A stretch of 63,653 nucleotides of DNA, filler included, from Octopus bimaculoides (taxonomy: Eukaryota): NCBI RefSeq assembly GCF_001194135.2. It is 9 parts of 9 records of this genome, joined end to end, with 100 filler letters (N's around TTAATTAATTAA, not from the genome) between each part and the next. Parts side by side here need not be neighbours in the genome. Positions count along the whole stretch, not along the records: positions 1 to 16,407 come from NW_026393616.1; 8 more parts are not named here. The stretch is one strand, 5' to 3'. Of the stretch, positions 1-12,264 are shown one piece after another (position 1 is the first letter of the stretch; every line of letters starts with the position of its first letter). A model generated the notes under the pieces. It was not told the DNA's origin. It saw nothing but the letters and a program-made list of their open reading frames with translations, and ran no database searches. Position numbers and translations under genes: made by a program.

Positions 1-300
1 ATGTTTATATGCATTGATGCATGTGTGTGTGTATATATATATATATATATCCACACACAAGTGTTAGTATGTCAGTTTGTGTTTAGGAAGTGGGTGTATA
101 CGCATATATTGATGTGTATGTATGTATGTATTGGTGTGTGTACATGCAGTAATTAGTGCGTGTATATTGGCATATATATATACACACATATGCATACATA
201 TGTGTATACATATATATATGTAAGCTTTGGCTCATGTGTATAGGATATATACATATAAACATGCACACACATGCACACACATTTATAAATAGCTATGTAA

Positions 301-354
<54 letters not shown>

Positions 355-379
355 ATGTGTACGTGTGTGGGTTAGATTA

Positions 380-410
<31 letters not shown>

Positions 411-560
411 CTCAAGTAATTTATATTTAGTCATGCTGCATCTCTCTCCATCCATCCATTCATCTATCTATCTATCCATCTATGCATACATGCATACATA
501 CATACATATATATATATACTTAGATAAATACCTTTCTGTATAATTGTGTATGTACATATG

Positions 561-605
<45 letters not shown>

Positions 606-796
606 CCCTGTGCAGTATGTTACAAGGACATACAGCTCACTACCTTCATGTTAGAAAGCCAAACACCAAAAACAACAGCTACAACAGGAACAACAACAAC
701 AACAACAGTAGCAACAACATCAATGTAGGTGTCGTTGCTATCGCTATTTTTATACATGGAAGCTCGCAGACGGCATGGGATCTTCCGGATGTTCAG

Positions 797-815
797 TGGC
801 GCCCTCTGCTGGAAA
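797..815 (-). promoter_or_regulatory. CTCF-type binding motif (candidate)
   Basis: Minus strand reads TTTCCAGCAGAGGGCGCCA. The core CCAGCAGAGGGCGC fits the established CTCF consensus CCASYAGRKGGCRS at every position and lies in a small CpG-containing unique islet (about 725-900). Motif match only. Confidence 0.45.
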
Positions 816-913
816 GCAGGCAAAACGGAACTGATTAAAAAGCTTAATGAGGCGGGATTTGGATGGTGGGTGAGCGGGATTACGCTGGATGTTTGCTACG
901 TAGATACAGTGAA

Positions 914-1185
914 ACCTCTACATGGTAGCTAGACCTGGTAGAAATAGCAACTAAATCTCCCTCAAATCACACCCTACTGTCTTATCTATGTATATATGTA
1001 TGAGCCAATGAGGGAGACCTCTACATGGTAGCTAGACCTGCTAGAAATAGTAGCTAAATCTCCATCAAATCACACCCCACTCTCTTATCTATGTATATAT
1101 GTATATATGAGCCAATGAGGGAGGCCTCTACATGGTAGCTGGACCTGGTAGAAATAGCAGCCAAATCTCCCTCAAAAAGACACTG
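914..1185 (+). repeat. Tandem array of a ~105-bp unit (about 2.6 copies), truncated near a gap
   Basis: The unit (cctctacatggtagctagacctg.tagaaatag...aaatctccctcaaatcacacc...tatgagccaatgagggag) restarts at about 914, 1018 and 1125. Confidence 0.9.
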
Positions 1186-3396
1186 TGGTCACCGTTGGNN
1201 NNNNNNNNNNNNNNNNNNNNNNNNNNNNNNNNNNNNNNNNNNNNNNNNNNNNNNNNNNNNNNNNNNNNNNNNNNNNNNNNNNNNNNNNNNNNNNNNNNNN
1301 NNNNNNNNNNNNNNNNNNNNNNNNNNNNNNNNTGTATATAAGAGCGAGAAAAGCTAAAGTCCTGCTAGAAATAACAGTCAACCTTTATTGAAATTAACAC
1401 CTGCAATCTTTTTAGAGAGAGGTAGATTACAGAGTGTAATCTTAGATGAACTGTGCCTGATTAAATGATGGAATGGTCACGGATGGCGGTAGTTTTTATC
1501 CTCTCTTGTTGGTTGAGGCTGACGTTGGGTTTACATATAACAGCGTAATAAACAAGAATAATAACAACAACATCGATGACGGGAACAACAACAACAACAA
1601 CAACGTGAAGATTAACCACAACAAAAGCTGTAACAATCATTGTAAAAATTCAACAACAATATTGCTAGGAATATTGACATTTATAATTAAAATATTTTAA
1701 ATAAACACGTCATCAGCAGCAATAAGAAGAAGAAGAAGAAGAACAACAACAACTGCAGCGGTTGCAGCAACAAAAAGGGTGACGATAATTATGTCAACAG
1801 CAACAAGAAGAACAATATCAGTGATAACAACAAAGAAAGTGACGTTGCATGATTAAAAATATTCGAAATAAATAACCACATGAGAAACAATGACAGCAAT
1901 GGAAGCTGCAAACCACAACAATGGCGATGACGAAATCAACGCCTTCTTTACCAACACCACGACGGCCACCGCTATCGCTATCACCACCACTACTACCACT
2001 ATGGCAACTACGACCACCACTGTTACTACTATAACCAGTACCACTACCAACACGCCGGAACCCCACCATTTGAAGAACGACTAAGACCGTCTCCCCCTCC
2101 ACACACGTAAACAATACCACCAGCACTGTCACCGCCATTGTCTTTATTACCGTGACTACAAATACCATAAAGACCACCACCGATACATACAGCGAATGCT
2201 ACAACCTGTACTACAACCAACAGACATCACTGCAAACAGTAACATTACCACCACCATCACAAACACCACAAACACCACAAACACCACTACTATCACCACC
2301 ACCACCACCACCATTAACAACATTCCCGTTCACCACCACCACTACCACCATCGTTACAAGCCTCTCACCGCCACCACTACCAGCACAGCTATCACAACAA
2401 CCGCTATTACCCCCACCCATCCATCCTCACTACCATCACCCCTCCCACCACCATGTAGATATAAAGAAACTAATAATAACAGCTAACAACCAACGACCAA
2501 CCACTGAAAACATACAATCAGTGAATAAACAANNNNNNNNNNNNNNNNNNNNNNNNNNNNNNNNNNNNNNNNNNNNNNNNNNNNNNNNNNNNNNNNNNNN
2601 NNNNNNNNNNNNNNNNNNNNNNNNNNNNNNNNNNNNNNNNNNNNNNNNNNNNNNNNNNNNNNNNNNNNNNNNNNNNNNNNNNNNNNNNNNNNNNNNNNNN
2701 NNNNNNNNNNNNNNNNNNNNNNNNNNNNNNNNNNNNNNNNNNNNNNNNNNNNNNNNNNNNNNNNNNNNNNNNNNNNNNNNNNNNNNNNNNNNNNNNNNNN
2801 NNNNNNNNNNNNNNNNNNNNNNNNNNNNNNNNNNNNNNNNNNNNNNNNNNNNNNNNNNNNNNNNNNNNNNNNNNNNNNNNNNNNNNNNNNNNNNNNNNNN
2901 NNNNNNNNNNNNNNNNNNNNNNNNNNNNNNNNNNNNNNNNNNNNNNNNNNNNNNNNNNNNNNNNNNNNNNNNNNNNNNNNNNNNNNNNNNNNNNNNNNNN
3001 NNNNNNNNNNNNNNNNNNNNNNNNNNNNNNNNNNNNNNNNNNNNNNNNNNNNNNNNNNNNNNNNNNNNNNNNNNNNNNNNNNNNNNNNNNNNNNNNNNNN
3101 NNNNNNNNNNNNNNNNNNNNNNNNNNNNNNNNNNNNNNNNNNNNNNNNNNNNNNNNNNNNNNNNNNNNNNNNNNNNNNNNNNNNNNNNNNNNNNNNNNNN
3201 NNNNNNNNNNNNNNNNNNNNNNNNNNNNNNNNNNNNNNNNNNNNNNAGAAGAAAAAATATCAAACATACACACACACACACACACATACACACACACACA
3301 CACACACACAGAGAGGCACATGTTTATACAAAAACAAAAGAAAAATTACACACACACAAAATAATCCATACAGATATATATATAGAGAGATATAAG

Positions 3397-3432
<36 letters not shown>

Positions 3433-3510
3433 TATATATACACACACACACACAAGCGAAGTCACGGAGACGTATTTTATAAAATTTTTTTTTCATTTTT
3501 CGGAATATAT

Positions 3511-3566
<56 letters not shown>

Positions 3567-4689
3567 ATTATATTTAAGCAAAAAAATTGTTTCTAAAACC
3601 TCCCACAAAAATATTAGATTAAAATGTGTTTAACGGAAAAAACACTCATGTTAACACACACATTCAACCCCCATACACACACACACACATAATATTTATA
3701 CACACAGTCATGTATTTATCTTTATATGTATGGGTGTAGGTATGTATCTATATCTTTCAACCTATCTATCTATCTATTTCTGTCTGCCTGTCTATCTATC
3801 TGTCCATCTATCTAGCTGTCTACCTTATCTATCTATCTATCTATCTGTCTGTCTATGTTTATCTGTCTGTCTCTATCTATCTATCTATCTACGAAAGAAG
3901 AAGAGAGAAAGAATAAGGAAGACATAGAACGAACGAACGAACGAACGAACGACAAAAGAAAGAGGAAAGAACGTTAGGAAGAAAAGCAGGAAGGCAAATG
4001 AGAAAGGAACGAGAGAAAGAGGTGATGAAGAAAAAATACAGAAGGAAATGCGAAGAGACAGAATAAGAAATATGATAAAGAGGAAGAATGAAAAGAAGAA
4101 ATTGAAGAATAANNNNNNNNNNTTCTCTATTCGTCCGCCATATTAATTTTAATTTCTTGTATCAAAATTAAGCTTTTAAAATAAACACAGAGACCTGCCC
4201 CTCCCCTCCAATACAGTATTATATTTTCATAGTTTTTCTTTCGTTCAGTTTTTTTCTTCTTCCTTTCTCTCTCTCTCTTTTTCCATCATTCATCGCCATT
4301 TTTTGTTGTACTTTTGTATTCTGTCTTTATCTTTTTTTTTTCTCTTTTTTTCGTTTTTATTGTCATTTTCTTGTTGTTGTTGTTGCCTTTGTTGCTATCG
4401 TTGTTGTTGTTGTACTTCTCATCCTCGTTCTTTTCTTCTCTTCTTCCTCTTTTCTTCCCCCCCTCCTTTTCTACATTTGTATTCATTTTCTCCGTCCTCT
4501 TTCTACTTCTTTCTATTCGTTATATTCTTAACAGGCTCATCATCATCATCACCACCATCATCATCATTATAATCATCATCGTCGTCATCATCACCGTAAT
4601 CGTCATTATTCATCATCATCAACATCATAACCACCACCACCAGCACCATCATCATCATCACCGTCATCATCATCATCATAGTGCCCTGA

Positions 4690-5243
4690 TGCCGTACCAG
4701 GCATTGGCTCTCATGGCTTCTGATCTTAACTGATTGGAAGTGTTATCATGTGTACCTCGTTTTGTCTTGGTATAAAAAGATGGGTTTTACAGCAAATATT
4801 CTGCCCAACACCACAGATTTTGCTTGTCAGTTGTTTGACCTTAACCAGTTGAGCATATCCCTTGGTGGCTGACGATATGTGCATCTCTGATCACGAGCAG
4901 AAGTAGTGGGGGAGCATCATAGCCATGTGTTGAGAGGAATTCTTTGGGGTTTGAATAATTCACCTTTGGAAACATGGGTGTTTTGCTCAACATCCTTAAA
5001 CAGACCTTATTCAGGGACCTTTTGAGTGGGATGGGCTACTCGACCTGAAGAAAATTCTAACTGGGCCCCACCTGCGAGGTCATGCGCTGTTTATCTTGAT
5101 ATGAGATCACCATGTCGTGCACATATGGTTGTGATGCATGTGCCTGGTGTACCCTTATCAGACGGGTAGTCATGGTGGGTACACTGGGCTTCGTATATTT
5201 GTACCCCAGTGTCACTTTGATGGCATGCACTGCTCTCTCACTC

Positions 5244-5275
<32 letters not shown>

Positions 5276-5278
5276 CAA
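4690..5278 (+). mobile_element. Probable 3' end of a non-LTR retroelement or SINE-like dispersed repeat ending in an (AAT)n tail
   Basis: About 560 bp of complex, higher-GC sequence embedded in simple repeats, ending abruptly in ctctcactc-(AAT)7-(AAC)n, typical of non-LTR 3' tails. No recognisable ORF; family not identified. Confidence 0.5.
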
Positions 5279-5395
5279 CAGGAAGTATTTAGTTATCAGC
5301 AAAACTTAGAACTGCTTTTGTGTTGAGGAAAGTGTTACGTCTCTAAGCTGCAGGATTGAGCTGTGACGTGACATAGACAAAAATCAGAAGTTAAG

Positions 5396-5448
<53 letters not shown>

Positions 5449-5542
5449 TTTAATTATAGCAATATTTGTATTTGTACTATATTTTTTGATAATATTGCAA
5501 ATACCATAATTATTATAATTATTTCAATAATTGTTATTGCTG

Positions 5543-5574
<32 letters not shown>

Positions 5575-6099
5575 GCAATCATGATTATTGTAATCTCCGT
5601 CTCTGTTACATCTCGTCATACAGACGTCGTTTCAACTGTTCTCGATGACATAAGATAAAGAAGACAACGAGAAAAAGAAGAAGAAGAACAACAACAGCAA
5701 CAACAAAAACAACAACAGCAATAAAAACAATAACAATGATGATGAGAAATTTAGAAAGCGAAAAAGAACAGAAACAAAGAGAAAAGAACTAACAAACAAA
5801 AATATGAAAATATATATGCGCAGCCGCACTCGCACACACATCACTCAACAACAACAAGAACAACAATGACAACAACAGCATTAGCAAAAGCAAGAAGAAA
5901 TATGAAGAAGATATATACACTCATATATAAAAGAAATAAAACTAGAAAAACAAATCAGAAAAGGAAACTGACATACGCAGGCGCAATCACACAATCTCAT
6001 ACACGAACGTAACCACAAATACAACCACCACCACCACCACCACCACCACCACAACATCAACAACAACAACAATTATAATGACTATGATAATTGTAACAA

Positions 6100-6600
6100 C
6101 AAAAGCCCTCCTCTTCTCCTCCGCCACCGCATACGATGCTCGCCCTTTCCCCCCTTTTCCCGCCGCCATAACAACAGCAACAACAACAAGCAAAGAAGCA
6201 AGCAATGCTTGCACTCCCCTTTTACATACGCTCTTTTTTTTCTTCTTCTTCTTTTTTTTTTGCCCGCCAGCCCGTCCCTTTCCACCGTCAGAAAATTAAG
6301 ACACAATCACCTATTTGAGAAGATCTACCGCGAAAATTAATTCTATCAGCTGTACAAAACGAACGAGATTCGCGTCTCCTTTGAGACAACTTCCGCCNNN
6401 NNNNNNNNNNNNNNNNNNNNNNNNNNNNNNNNNNNNNNNNNNNNNNNNNNNNNNNNNNNNNNNNNNNNNNNNNNNNNNNNNNNNNNNNNNNNNNNNNNNN
6501 NNNNNNNNNNNNNNNGGGGGGGGGGAGGCGAGATCAGGTGAAGGGAGACAGGAGGAGGATAACGACTCTATTGTGGCGGTGCTGGGATTGTTTTCTATTT
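6100..6600. promoter_or_regulatory. CpG-rich promoter-like islet (candidate), split by an N gap
   Basis: Local CpG enrichment, an E2F-like TTTCCCGC at 6156-6163, an ETS-like ACTTCCG at 6389-6395 and several CCGCC boxes. No transcript evidence. Confidence 0.25.
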
Positions 6601-7033
6601 GGTTCTATAAGATATTGTTGTTGTTTAGGACGTTTTTACCTCCATTTTTTTTCTTCTTCTTTTATGTTTCTACGTCTCTTATCTTGTCTACGAGAGTCTT
6701 CCTTTCCCCCCTTTTTTTCTTTCTTTCTTTCTTTCTCATTCCCTCTTTGATTTCTTTCTCTTATGATGCCTTTCATTCATCCCTATGTTTCATTCATTTC
6801 TTCTTTCGTCGTTTCCTTCGCCCCTTATTTATTTATTTATCGCTTTTTATTTTCCCCCAATTATTAGTTACTACTACTACTACCACTACTACTACCATCA
6901 TCATCATCATCATCATCACCACACCTACCACCACTGTCATCATTAACAATCACCTTAATCGTCATCATAAGCCTCATCATCGTCGTCATCGTCATCATCA
7001 TTGTCATCATTCTATTTCTGTCACTCTCTATTA

Positions 7034-7067
<34 letters not shown>

Positions 7068-7093
7068 TCTTCTTCTTCTACTTCGTCTTAGTA

Positions 7094-7125
<32 letters not shown>

Positions 7126-7834
7126 TCACACACACACACACACACACGCACACTGTTATTACTATCGCTTTTATTATCATCATCATCATCATCATCATTA
7201 TTATTATCATCATTATTATTATTAATTATTATTATCATTATTATTATCATTATCATTATTATTATTATTATTGTTTTCCCCTTTGTGGCTCCTCCGTTCG
7301 TACTCCTTTCATATTTCGTCGTTTCTTTTTCTCACCTCACCTCACCTCCCCATCTCGCCCACCCAACCAGCTCCGTATATCCCACCACAACACACACACA
7401 CACAGAGCCTCACCCTTCGATAGCACCCTCTCCCACCACCTCCCCACCGCCTTACTGCTCCACTGCCCCCTAACCTACTCCCTTTTGCCATTTGCATCTC
7501 ATACGCTACCGACTCTAGCACCACAAACCCCCAAAAGCTCCTCATAATAATACCTATACCTTTACCCATAATTCCTCACCCCCATCTACCTTCACTCATA
7601 CACGTACCCTGCCCTTACTCACACTCCATCTCCACTCCACTTCTACTCTACCTCCTTCTCTTGCTTTGAACTTACTTTCTTCCATCCACACTTGTGTTTG
7701 ACGCTATCTATATTTTCGGTATTTTAACCCACCTATCTATCTATCTAACTATCTATTTACCTATCTATCTATCTGTTTATCTAGCTAGGTAGATAAATAG
7801 ATAGATAGATAGATAGATAGCTAGATAGATAGAT

Positions 7835-8070
7835 ACTGCAGGAACTTCGTAGTGTCGGCTGGAGTAACATTATTAATAAAACAGGGGATGGAATGCGTAA
7901 TAGACTTTATTGAGTACAACACATGTTTCGACCCGTTCTGGGTCTCTTCAGGTACATCAATGAAAAAACAGTTTCACAAGAGTTTTCTTACGTACCTCGA
8001 AATGTCCATTAGATTCGAGAATGAATAAAATCAGAGAAAAATCAAATACGAACACGCAAAGTATACATTC
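7835..8070 (-). mobile_element. Penelope-like element terminal repeat (pLTR) fragment carrying a hammerhead
   Basis: Complex island between (GATA)n and (TACA)n tracts that contains a minimal hammerhead overlapped by AATAAA (minus 7911-7906). Minimal type I hammerheads in pLTRs are an established feature of Penelope-like elements. Confidence 0.55.
7909..7961 (-). ncRNA. Minimal type I hammerhead ribozyme motif
   Basis: Minus RNA: AUUGAUGUAC-CUGAAGA-GACCC agaac GGGUC-GAAA-C AUGU G U U / GUACUCAAU. Core CUGANGA and GAAA are intact. Stem II is a perfect 5 bp with G10.1-C11.1. Stem I is 9 bp with one bulged U. Stem III is short with a self-complementary ACAUGUGU. Predicted cleavage follows GUU, between 7918 and 7917. 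Confidence 0.8.
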
Positions 8071-8082
8071 TAGCTTAGAGAA

Positions 8083-8117
<35 letters not shown>

Positions 8118-8118
<1 letters not shown>

Positions 8119-8566
8119 CATATATATATACCATATATACATATGTATATATATATATATATACCATATATACATATGTATATATATATATATATACCAT
8201 ATATACATATGTATATATATATATATATACCATATATACATATGTATATATATNNNNNNNNNNNNNNNNNNNNNNNNNNNNNNNNNNNNNNNNNNNNNNN
8301 NNNNNNNNNNNNNNNNNNNNNNNNNNNNNNNNNNNNNNNNNNNNNNNNNNNNNNNNNNNNNNNNNNNNNNNNNNNNNNNNNNNNNNNNNNNNNNNNNNNN
8401 NNNNNNNNNNNNNNNNNNNNNNNNNNNNNNNNNNNNNNNNNNNNNNNNNNNNNNNNNNNNNNNNNNNNNNNNNNNNNNNNNNNNNNNNNNNNNNNNNNNN
8501 NNNNNNNNNNNNNNNNNNNNNTATATATACCATATATACATATATGTATATACATATATATATACC

Positions 8567-8597
<31 letters not shown>

Positions 8598-8612
8598 CCA
8601 CATATATATATA
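8118..8612. repeat. Higher-order TA-rich minisatellite (unit ~29-31 nt, CCATATATACATATG(TA)n) spanning a gap
   Basis: The unit ccatatatacatatgtatatatatatatata repeats at about 8132, 8164, 8196 and 8229, with variants after the gap. Confidence 0.85.
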
Positions 8613-8852
8613 TACCATCACAACCACCACCACCATTTCCACGACCACCACCACTGTTACCGCCATCACAATAACCAGTGATGGTGGTAGTGGTGCTGAT
8701 GGTGGGGACGGTGAGGATGGTGGTGTTGGTGTTGGTAATGGTGGTGGTTGTGGATGTAATGTTGGCGGTGGTGGCGGTGGCGCTTGTCGTAATGCTAACA
8801 CTAGAGTGATAGTTGTGGCATTTATTGTTATAACTGTAGCAGCAGCAACAGC

Positions 8853-8925
<73 letters not shown>
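8853..8925. repeat. (GTA)n microsatellite
   Basis: About 24 uninterrupted GTA units. Confidence 0.95.
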
Positions 8926-8926
<1 letters not shown>

Positions 8927-9565
8927 ATTTAGTTGTAATTCCTGTGGTTGTTGTTGCAGCTATTGTTGTAGTTGTACTTGTTGTTGTGGTGGTGGTGGTG
9001 GCTGTAGTAGTTAACGTAGCAGTATCAGTGGTAGTTGCTGTTGCTGTTGTTGTTGTTCCTCCCTATTGTTCTGTCTTTTTCCTTCATTTCCTTTCATCTC
9101 AAGAAATAACCTATTTCGGAAGGACGCTCTTATTCACCTGCCTTACTCATTGCATCACCGCCGCCGCCAACACCACCGACACCATCGACATCACCACCAC
9201 CACAACAACAACAATAATCACAGCCATCATCACCACCACCACCACCACTACCACCACCACGACAACAGCAGCAACAATCACCGCCATCACCACCACAACA
9301 CCAACAACCACTTCAACAACTAGAATCACCACCANNNNNNNNNNNNNNNNNNNNNNNNNNNNNNNNNNNNNNNNNNNNNNNNNNNNNNNNNNNNNNNNNN
9401 NNNNNNNNNNNNNNNNNNNNNNNNNNNNNNNNNNNNNNNNNNNNNNNNNNNNNNNNNNNNNNNNNNNNNNNNNNNNNNNNNNNNNNNNNNNNNNNNNNNN
9501 NNNNNNNNNNNNNNNNNNNNNNNNNNNNNNNNNNNNNNNNNNNNNNNNNNNNNNNNNNNNNNNNN

Positions 9566-9601
9566 CACTAAATTCCAGGCCTTGTGCCTTTAGTAGAAAG
9601 G

Positions 9602-9642
<41 letters not shown>

Positions 9643-9800
9643 GGCGAGCTGGTAGAATCGTAACAGGTCGTGGAAAATGCTTAGCGGCATTTCGTCCGTT
9701 TTTACGTTCTGAGTTCAAATTCCACCAAGGTCGACTTTACCTTCCACCCTTTCAGAGTCGATTATATAAGTACAAGTTATACTTTGGTTTCGATATAATC
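9566..9800 (+). mobile_element. SINE family S2: 3' tail of one copy followed by a second copy
   Basis: Tail ggccttgtgcctttagtagaaagg-(ATT)n, then the head ggcgagctggtagaatcgt...gttctgagttcaaattcc...gtcgacttt shared with the copies at 17.2, 33.3, 34.5 and 48.4 kb. Confidence 0.85.
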
Positions 9801-11104
9801 GCTGAGTCCTCTCCCCCGATGTTAAAATTTGAAGCAAAATTTCTTACATCGGTAGAAAACAAATAACTTTGATTGCGATACAAAATTCCCTTTGACGTCA
9901 GTATAAGTCGTCGAAGATTCGAGACCGAATTGAGCTTCCCAACGTACAACCCCGCCTCTTTCGTACTTAACTCCACACGCAATTCCCACCTGCTTACCAA
10001 TGCGTTCATTAATCCCACCCGATGGCTACTACAACTTAGTTAATTCTGCTCCTAGAATCTGACGAGATGGGCCTGTTTTATGCAGAGTTCAGTGAAGCTG
10101 TGATTAAAAAATATATGCAACTTCAAAACAAACGTTGTGAGTGTTCCTTTCGTTTGGGCACGCTTGGCCACGCTTCGTAAAGTGTATCTGTATAAATATA
10201 TATATATCGTTGTTATTATGTTAAACTGTCGTATGTCCAAATTTGGCCAAATGCATTTATTTTTTTCAATATTGTGATGGTGATTTTGACGATCATTACG
10301 ATGATGATGATGACGACGACGATGATGATGATGATGGTGGTGGTGGTGGTGATGATGATGATAATGATGATGATGATTAGCAAAGTCGATGATGAAGATG
10401 CTGTTTCTGCTACTGGTAATGATGACGCTGACGATGATGATGATGATGGTGATGATGGTGGTGATGATGATGGTGATGAAGTTGATGATGATGACGACGA
10501 AGATGGTGATGATGATAATGACGAGGATGATGATGATGATGATGAATGGGAAGTTGTGCTGTGAATTAATGCACTGATCACGTCCCGCTGTGTTACCAGG
10601 TGACATTTCGCTGTTTCTCGTTGTGAACCACCCCGCCGTGAGATCGATTTCCGCACGTTTCTAACCGACCTACGCACAGCTTCCGTGATCCGGATATAGA
10701 GTAGATTAGCTTAGTAGTAGTAGTAGTAGTAGTGGCGTTTGTGTTGGTGGTGTTGGTGATGGTGGTCGTGGTCGTGGTAGTGATTCCAAACTCAAAGAAA
10801 GAGAGATATAGAGGGGGAGGAGAGAGGGGGAGGAGAAAATGAAAGAGAGAAATGTAAATAGGGAAAAGAAGGCGGTGAAGAAGTCGAAGGCAAAGGAGGG
10901 GGAGTAGATCAGACGGTGATGAAGGATAAGGAAAAGATGGGGGTGGAAGGAGGAGGAGGAGGTGGAGAAGAAGAGCGCCGGACAGAACGTCGTGAGGCAA
11001 TCATTCCTGCGTCTGTTCGTTTCCAAGGTAAACTTTACCATTTAGCAATAATGAGTGGGTGGGTGGGGGAATAAATTGAGGAACCGAAAACGAAATGCAG
11101 GCTG

Positions 11105-11180
11105 GTATTTGTTTTGCCAGAATTCGAACCCACGGCCTTACGATCGAGATCTGAGTAACCTAACCACACTGAGTCACACA
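11105..11180 (-). mobile_element. tRNA-derived SINE head fragment
   Basis: Minus strand gtgtggttagg (A-box-like) ... gtgggttcgaattctggc (B-box GGTTCGAATTC). No complete tRNA cloverleaf. Confidence 0.55.
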
Positions 11181-11254
11181 CTTTCACAAGATAACTGGCA
11201 CTCCGTCAGACACGATATCGATCTATCGATCTATCTATCACTCTTTACTCTTTT

Positions 11255-11573
11255 ACTCGTTTCAGTCATTTGACTGCGGCCATGCTGGAGCACCGCCTTT
11301 AGTCGAGCAAATCGACCCGAGGACTTATTCTATGTAAGCCTAGTACTTATTCTATCGGTTTCTTTTTTGCCGAACCGCTAAGTTACGGGGACGTAAACAC
11401 ACCAGCATCTGTTGTTAAGAAATGCTAGGGGGACAAACACAACACACACACACAATATATATATATATATATACGACGGGCTTCTTTCAGTTTCCGTCTA
11501 CCAAATCCACTCACAAGGCTTTGGTTGGCCCGAGGCTATAGTAGAAGACACTTGCCCAAGATGCCACGCAGTG
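11255..11573 (-). mobile_element. SINE family S1 (tRNA head, internal microsatellite, 3' tail), head lost in gap
   Basis: gacgggcttctttcagtttccgtctaccaaatccactcacaaggctttgg...cttgcccaag plus tail gtttcagtcatttgactgcggccatgctggagcaccgcc, near-identical to many other copies in the window. Confidence 0.9.
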
Positions 11574-12264
11574 NNNNNNNNNNNNNNNNNNNNNNNNNNN
11601 NNNNNNNNNNNNNNNNNNNNNNNNNNNNNNNNNNNNNNNNNNNNNNNNNNNNNNNNNNNNNNNNNNNNNNNNNNNNNNNNNNNNNNNNNNNNNNNNNNNN
11701 NNNNNNNNNNNNNNNNNNNNNNNNNNNNNNNNNNNNNNNNNNNNNNNNNNNNNNNNNNNNNNNNNNNNNNNNNNNNNNNNNNNNNNNNNNNNNNNNNNNN
11801 NNNNNNNNNNNNNNNNNNNNNNNNNNNNNNNNNNNNNNNNNNNNNNNNNNNNNNNNNNNNNNNNNNNNNNNNNNNNNNNNNNNNNNNNNNNNNNNNNNNN
11901 NNNNNNNNNNNNNNNNNNNNNNNNNNNNNNNNNNNNNNNNNNNNNNNNNNNNNNNNNNNNNNNNNNNNNNNNNNNNNNNNNNNNNNNNNNNNNNNNNNNN
12001 NTAACACCATAAGCACAACCACCACCACCACCACCACCACCACCACTTCCCTCAACTGTATTTCGTCAATTTCCGTATCCTGTCCGCTTCGATGATTCCA
12101 GCTGCTTGGATCTCTCTTAGACGTTCTTTCTAAACCTCTCTCTGGCAACTTGGATGGTTTGTAGTAGAGAAGATGGTTGAGGTGCTGGTAGAGGTGGTAC
12201 TTCTGGTAGCGCATAGTGGTCTTCTCGGTTTAGTGGCTATAGTTGTTGTCATTTAGCCACAGAC

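Noticed and set aside
1931-2532. Pro/Thr/His-rich open frames (e.g. PPPSQTPQTPQTPLLSPPPPPP) that look like a low-complexity protein region
   Set aside because: Several frames are open simultaneously because of ACC/CAC mosaics. There is no credible acceptor or start and no domain.
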